From the NCBI GenBank assembly GCA_043803945.1, contig JAZDJN010000069.1, positions 1 to 18,478 of the forward strand: a DNA stretch of 18,478 nt, given 5' to 3'. The notes beneath the pieces were generated by a model, which was not told the origin of the DNA, did no database searches, and worked only from the letters and a program-made list of their open reading frames with translations. The translations under genes were made by a program, and so were the position numbers. This document shows positions 15,969 to 18,478 of this stretch, piece after piece. Within the stretch, counting starts at the first letter, position 1. Every line of letters begins with the position of its first letter. This DNA comes from a bacterium (GTDB lineage Bacteria > Bacteroidota > Ignavibacteria > UBA10030).

Positions 15969-17525
15969 ATGAAACCGCTAAAGATTCTTTTTGCCACCCT
16001 CTTATTCATTACCATCACCAAGGCACAAACGAGCTTACGAAATCTCCTTGAGGGATATGGAGCACCAGGATCCAAAGATGCTTTAGGTTCAGGCATCATT
16101 GGTTTAGGAGATATCAACAATGATGGCTGGGACGATTTTGCGGTAAGTGCAAGCGGTTTACGAAAGACATATATCTACTTTGGAGGACCTGGAATCTTAG
16201 ATGCTATCCCTGACGTGGCCATTAAAGGTGGAGGCACAATGGTGATGGGAGATTTGAATGGCGATGGAAAAAAAGATTTGGCGATCTGGTTAAGCGGATA
16301 TAGCTTTGGGGGCATTGATACGGTGCTAGTCTATCTGGGAAAACAACCTTCTCCAATCGGTCTGGACACAATCCCCTCATTAATACTTTCTGGTGAAAAT
16401 GTTGAAGATCAATTTGGAGCAACCATGGCGATTGGCGATTTAAATAAAGACGGATATGATGATTTAGTTATTAGTGCAAGATATTTTAATTACTCGAATG
16501 GAAAAGTCTATATATATATGGGAAAAAAATTACTCGGTAATCTCCCCGATTTTACTGCATTGGGTGATACTACAATTTCTGGTTATGGTTATATTATCCA
16601 AATTGCTGATGTGAGTGGTGATGGAGTTGACGATTTAGTTATTAGCTCTCCTGATCGTCGCCAAGAGTCTACTCTGCTTGATATTTTCTATGGTCGAAAA
16701 GGATTCTCTTTTACACAGAATGCTTTCAATCACCGCTTAGATTCCCGAAATATTATTAATGGTGCGTATCTATACCTAGCAAGACTTGTCGATGTGAATT
16801 GTGACGGGATAGATGACCTCTATTTCAGTCATCCTCAAGGGAAAGAAGGATACGCATTCTTAGGGAGGAAAGACTCGATGCGTTGGACACCCGACCTGAT
16901 TTATCCTAATCCTGATCCAACATTTTTCACTCGTATGAGTCCGTATGCTTGTGATATTGGAGACTTCAACGGAGATGGAATTGAGGACTATATTCTCACT
17001 GCCAGCATTGGTGCTCCCTGCGCACTAGTTTACATCGGAAAATCAAACCAACCGACAAAACCTTATGGCGTAAGAGCAGTTGTTGGATTACAATATATAG
17101 CTGGTGTTGGTGATGTGAATGGTGATGGGGCAGATGATTTTGGTATGACAGCTCCTACCGATGCGCTAGATAGGGGTTACTTTGTCATCTTATCAGGAGA
17201 GAAAGGAGTATCAGAAGTCTCCAACGAGAAAAACGTATTCAATGAAAATTACTCCCTGCAACAGAACTTTCCCAACCCCTTCAATCCCATGACAACAATT
17301 GAGTATTCTCTTTCTAGGAGAAATCAAGTCTCACTAATTATTTATGATACCTTAGGAAAAGAGGTGCGAAAACTTGTCAATCAAATTCAAAATGAAGGAA
17401 ATTATAGAGTACTCTGGGATGGAAGGGATGCTCAGGGTAACCACGTCTCTTCTGGTGTGTATTATTACAAACTTATTCTTGGTTCTCGAACAGAGATTTC
17501 AAAGAAGGCAATCCACTTGAGATGA
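15969..17525 (+). CDS. Secreted FG-GAP repeat protein with T9SS-type/FlgD-Ig C-terminal domain, paralog 2
   Basis: Collinear over its full length with 308-1858, with long identical peptide blocks such as PDLIYPNPDPTFFTRMSPYA and DLYFSHPQGKEGYAFLG. Confidence 0.92.
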   Translation: MKPLKILFATLLFITITKAQTSLRNLLEGYGAPGSKDALGSGIIGLGDINNDGWDDFAVSASGLRKTYIYFGGPGILDAIPDVAIKGGGTMVMGDLNGDGKKDLAIWLSGYSFGGIDTVLVYLGKQPSPIGLDTIPSLILSGENVEDQFGATMAIGDLNKDGYDDLVISARYFNYSNGKVYIYMGKKLLGNLPDFTALGDTTISGYGYIIQIADVSGDGVDDLVISSPDRRQESTLLDIFYGRKGFSFTQNAFNHRLDSRNIINGAYLYLARLVDVNCDGIDDLYFSHPQGKEGYAFLGRKDSMRWTPDLIYPNPDPTFFTRMSPYACDIGDFNGDGIEDYILTASIGAPCALVYIGKSNQPTKPYGVRAVVGLQYIAGVGDVNGDGADDFGMTAPTDALDRGYFVILSGEKGVSEVSNEKNVFNENYSLQQNFPNPFNPMTTIEYSLSRRNQVSLIIYDTLGKEVRKLVNQIQNEGNYRVLWDGRDAQGNHVSSGVYYYKLILGSRTEISKKAIHLR

Positions 17526-17560
17526 TGTTTGAGATAAATCTAAGGAGATGGTTCATATGA
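17525..17560 (+). CDS. Putative 11-aa translationally coupled micropeptide MFEINLRRWFI
   Basis: ATG overlaps the upstream stop (TGATG). Homologous to 1858-1893. Confidence 0.4.
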   Translation: MFEINLRRWFI

Positions 17561-17565
17561 GATGA
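17542..17565 (+). promoter_or_regulatory. Shine-Dalgarno plus ATG-AGA-TGA minigene, second copy
   Basis: AAGGAG at 17542-17547, 9-nt spacer, ATGAGATGA at 17557-17565. Confidence 0.5.
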
Positions 17566-17580
17566 ATATCGTTTAATAAA

Positions 17581-17701
17581 GAATAGCCCTAGACTCCGAT
17601 CAATGAACGGAGTGAAAAACGATTCCTACTCGCTTGTCCGCCAGACAAATTGAGAAGAAATACATTGTTCAGATAGACTACAGAACATTTACATTCTGAG
17701 G
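17581..17701 (+). ncRNA. Conserved structured intergenic element, copy 3
   Basis: GAATAGCCCT start; P2 ACTCCG-9nt-CGGAGT (17593-17613); 32 nt identical to copy 2 (17634-17665); a different P4 TGTTC/GAACA (17666-17687); weakened P1 partner CTGAGG (17696-17701). Confidence 0.65.
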
Positions 17702-17765
17702 ACGAAGGTGTCTTTGCGTGATTACTTCGTGAGGTAGAGTGAAAACCATTTATAAAGGTGTACCG

Positions 17766-18359
17766 ATGAAACCACTAGAACTTTTATTTGCCACATTCTT
17801 ATTCGTTACTATCACAAACGCTCAAACGAGCTTACGAAATCTTCTTGAAGGATATGGGACACCCGGCTCGGATGATGGATTGGGCTCCGGTATCATCGGC
17901 TTGGGCGATATCAACAATGATGGCTGGGATGATTTTGCGGTAAGTGCAATTGGTATACATAAGACCTTCCTTTATTTCGGAGGACCAAAAATCTTGGATG
18001 CCGCCCCCGATATTGTACTTAAAGGTGGTGGTCGAATGTCAATTGGAGATTTGAATGGTGATGGAAGGAAAGATTTAGTTATTAGGCAAAGCGTTACAAC
18101 AGGCAATATCGATACATTGCTTGTATATTTTGGGAAACAACCTTCTCTTGCTTCTCCCTTATCTCTTGATACAATCCCTGGTTTTATTTTTTATAGTGAA
18201 ACTGGAGTAGATATGTATGGTTACTCTTTTGCCATTGGTGATTTAAATGCTGATGGATTTGATGACCTTGTGGTGAGTGCTAGTTGGTATAGCTCTTATA
18301 GAGGGAAAATATATGTCTATCTTGGAGGAAAGACACTAACTGATGTTACGCAAAAATAG
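17766..18359 (+). pseudogene. FG-GAP repeat protein paralog 3, truncated after about three repeats, no C-terminal sorting domain
   Basis: Aligns to the first ~190 residues of paralogs 1 and 2, then stops at TAG 18357-18359. No convincing continuation in any frame. Start set at ATG 17766 by alignment. Confidence 0.75.
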
Positions 18360-18478
18360 GTTTTGCGGTCCAATCGATCGGTTGAAGAGATCTCAAATGC
18401 TTGAATGCGGTTTTCAGTGCATGTAAATGCAGATTGAGTTTTAACCCTTCATATGAGACCGCGGTTATTCTGTGCATC

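Noticed and set aside
177-17701. CRISPR array or integron attC sites as an explanation for the repeated element
   Set aside because: Copies are kilobases apart with no spacers or cas genes. I see no RYYYAAC/GTTRRRY attC ends and no integrase.
308-18359. Diversity-generating retroelement as an explanation for the paralogs
   Set aside because: There is no reverse transcriptase in the window, and differences between copies are not confined to adenine positions.

Overview
Bacterial window, probably from an FCB-group lineage such as Ignavibacteriota; this is inferred from the 'QN(Y/F)PNPFNP.T.I.(Y/F)' C-terminal sorting tails. Two AT-richer flanks encode secreted proteins with a T9SS-type/FlgD-Ig C-terminal domain. 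These are three paralogous FG-GAP (integrin-alpha-like beta-propeller) genes, the third truncated; a large glycoside-hydrolase-like/Fn3 gene split by one in-frame TAA; and a PD40 propeller protein. They surround a GC-richer core: a ferritin-like/VIT1 iron exporter, a transglutaminase-like protein, tricorn protease (S41), a DppA D-aminopeptidase (M55), a muconolactone-isomerase-like protein, a small membrane protein and a TlpA fragment. The window starts inside the end of a probable IS630-family element. The most striking unexplained feature is a non-coding module, seen three times, that links the secreted-protein genes. After both intact FG-GAP genes it consists of a stop/start-coupled 11-codon peptide ending RRWF(L/I), a Shine-Dalgarno plus Met-Arg-stop minigene, and a multi-stem RNA with compensatory base changes. 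In one copy this RNA closes into a stem followed by a U-tract. All family assignments come from motif recognition by eye; no searches were run.
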